A stretch of DNA of 35,478 bases. It comes from Reclinomonas americana ATCC 50394 (taxonomy: Eukaryota). This document shows positions 34,901-35,478 of the stretch, piece after piece (the stretch's first letter is position 1; every line of letters begins with the position of its first letter). The position numbers and the translations under genes were made by a program. The stretch lies in assembly GCA_048213135.1 (NCBI GenBank), contig PS015119.1, positions 120,625 to 156,102 on the forward strand. Reading direction: 5' to 3'. The notes under the pieces are model-generated. The model was given only the letters and a program-made list of their open reading frames with translations. It was not told the origin of the DNA and ran no database searches.

Positions 34901-35478
34901 TGGCCGCCGAGGCCGCAGCCGCCGATGCCGCCACAGGCGGTGAGAAAGGGGCACGCCGCAAAGGTACTGCCGTTGGCGAATTGAAGACGAGAGAGGGTCC
35001 GGAGGCCATGGAAGGCGACACGGCTTCACCGTGGTTGCTGCTCTTGTTCGCGTCCACCAAGTACACGACAGAGGCGTCGCCGTCGCTGGTGTCGATCGGT
35101 GGTGGAGGGAGCGGTGGCNNNNNNNNNNNNNNNNNNNNGGTGGTGAGAGTGGCGGGCGCGTGGCAATGTGCACCACCACGCGGGGAAGAGATGGCGCCTG
35201 CTGGTGGTGGTGATGGTGGTGGTGCGGCGGAGGCACCGGTGGCGAAGAAGCGCCTCCGAACCGCGACATTGCCTCGCCGTGCCCATCGCCCCACGAATCC
35301 GGCGACAGCGCCTGACTCGCCGCCGTCGCATCGTCCGCCTCACTGTGCAGCACCCACCCATCGGCCTCGGCATGATGCAGCAACGACTCGACTCCCGACG
35401 ACGCCTGCGAGTTCACCGACGGCGCCCTCTCATCGACACCGCCACGCATCCTCGCCGACATGACCGGCGACGACACAT
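31947..35478 (-). CDS. Hypothetical Ser/Pro-rich (SPR repeats) coiled-coil protein, probably 5'-partial
   Basis: Exon-like ORFs 34697..35476, 34578..35294, 33615..34568, 32753..33547 (many SPR motifs), 32499..32822 (coiled coil RVLALEDETARLEN...), terminal ...LLNDDGGE* at 31947. Confidence 0.6.
35119..35138. other. Assembly gap
   Basis: N-run within a (GGT)-rich tract. Confidence 1.

Overview
Draft-assembly window (6 N-gaps) from a gene-dense, intron-rich, GC-rich unicellular eukaryote; I cannot identify the species. Introns are short (about 60-90 nt, GT-AG) and often carry (CA)n/(GA)n tracts, so the six-frame ORF track is mostly exon fragments. I stitched gene models by hand from splice phases; exon boundaries are approximate. 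Confidently recognisable genes: SMC6 (minus, 21530-26878), a cytochrome P450 (plus, 15404-17322) head-to-head with a DUF1295/steroid-5-alpha-reductase-like membrane protein (minus, 13670-15271), a USP/C19 deubiquitinase (plus, 11791-13642), and a type I membrane protein with a tandem-repeat mucin-like region and about 16 CxxC (GCC2_GCC3/ephrin-receptor-like) units (minus, 7451-11615). About seven further genes are hypothetical. Most notable observations: a recurrent atypical 5' splice site GTYGCG, including four consecutive SMC6 introns; a strand-asymmetric RNA hairpin at 6698-6755; a palindrome cluster with a G-quadruplex motif at 3889-4328; a CpG-depleted, decayed block at about 4450-6650; and two hypothetical proteins with possible remote homologies (ATP-grasp-like, FAAP100/FANCB-like). 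I found no clearly demonstrable new multi-gene system, and no rRNA, tRNA or CRISPR array.
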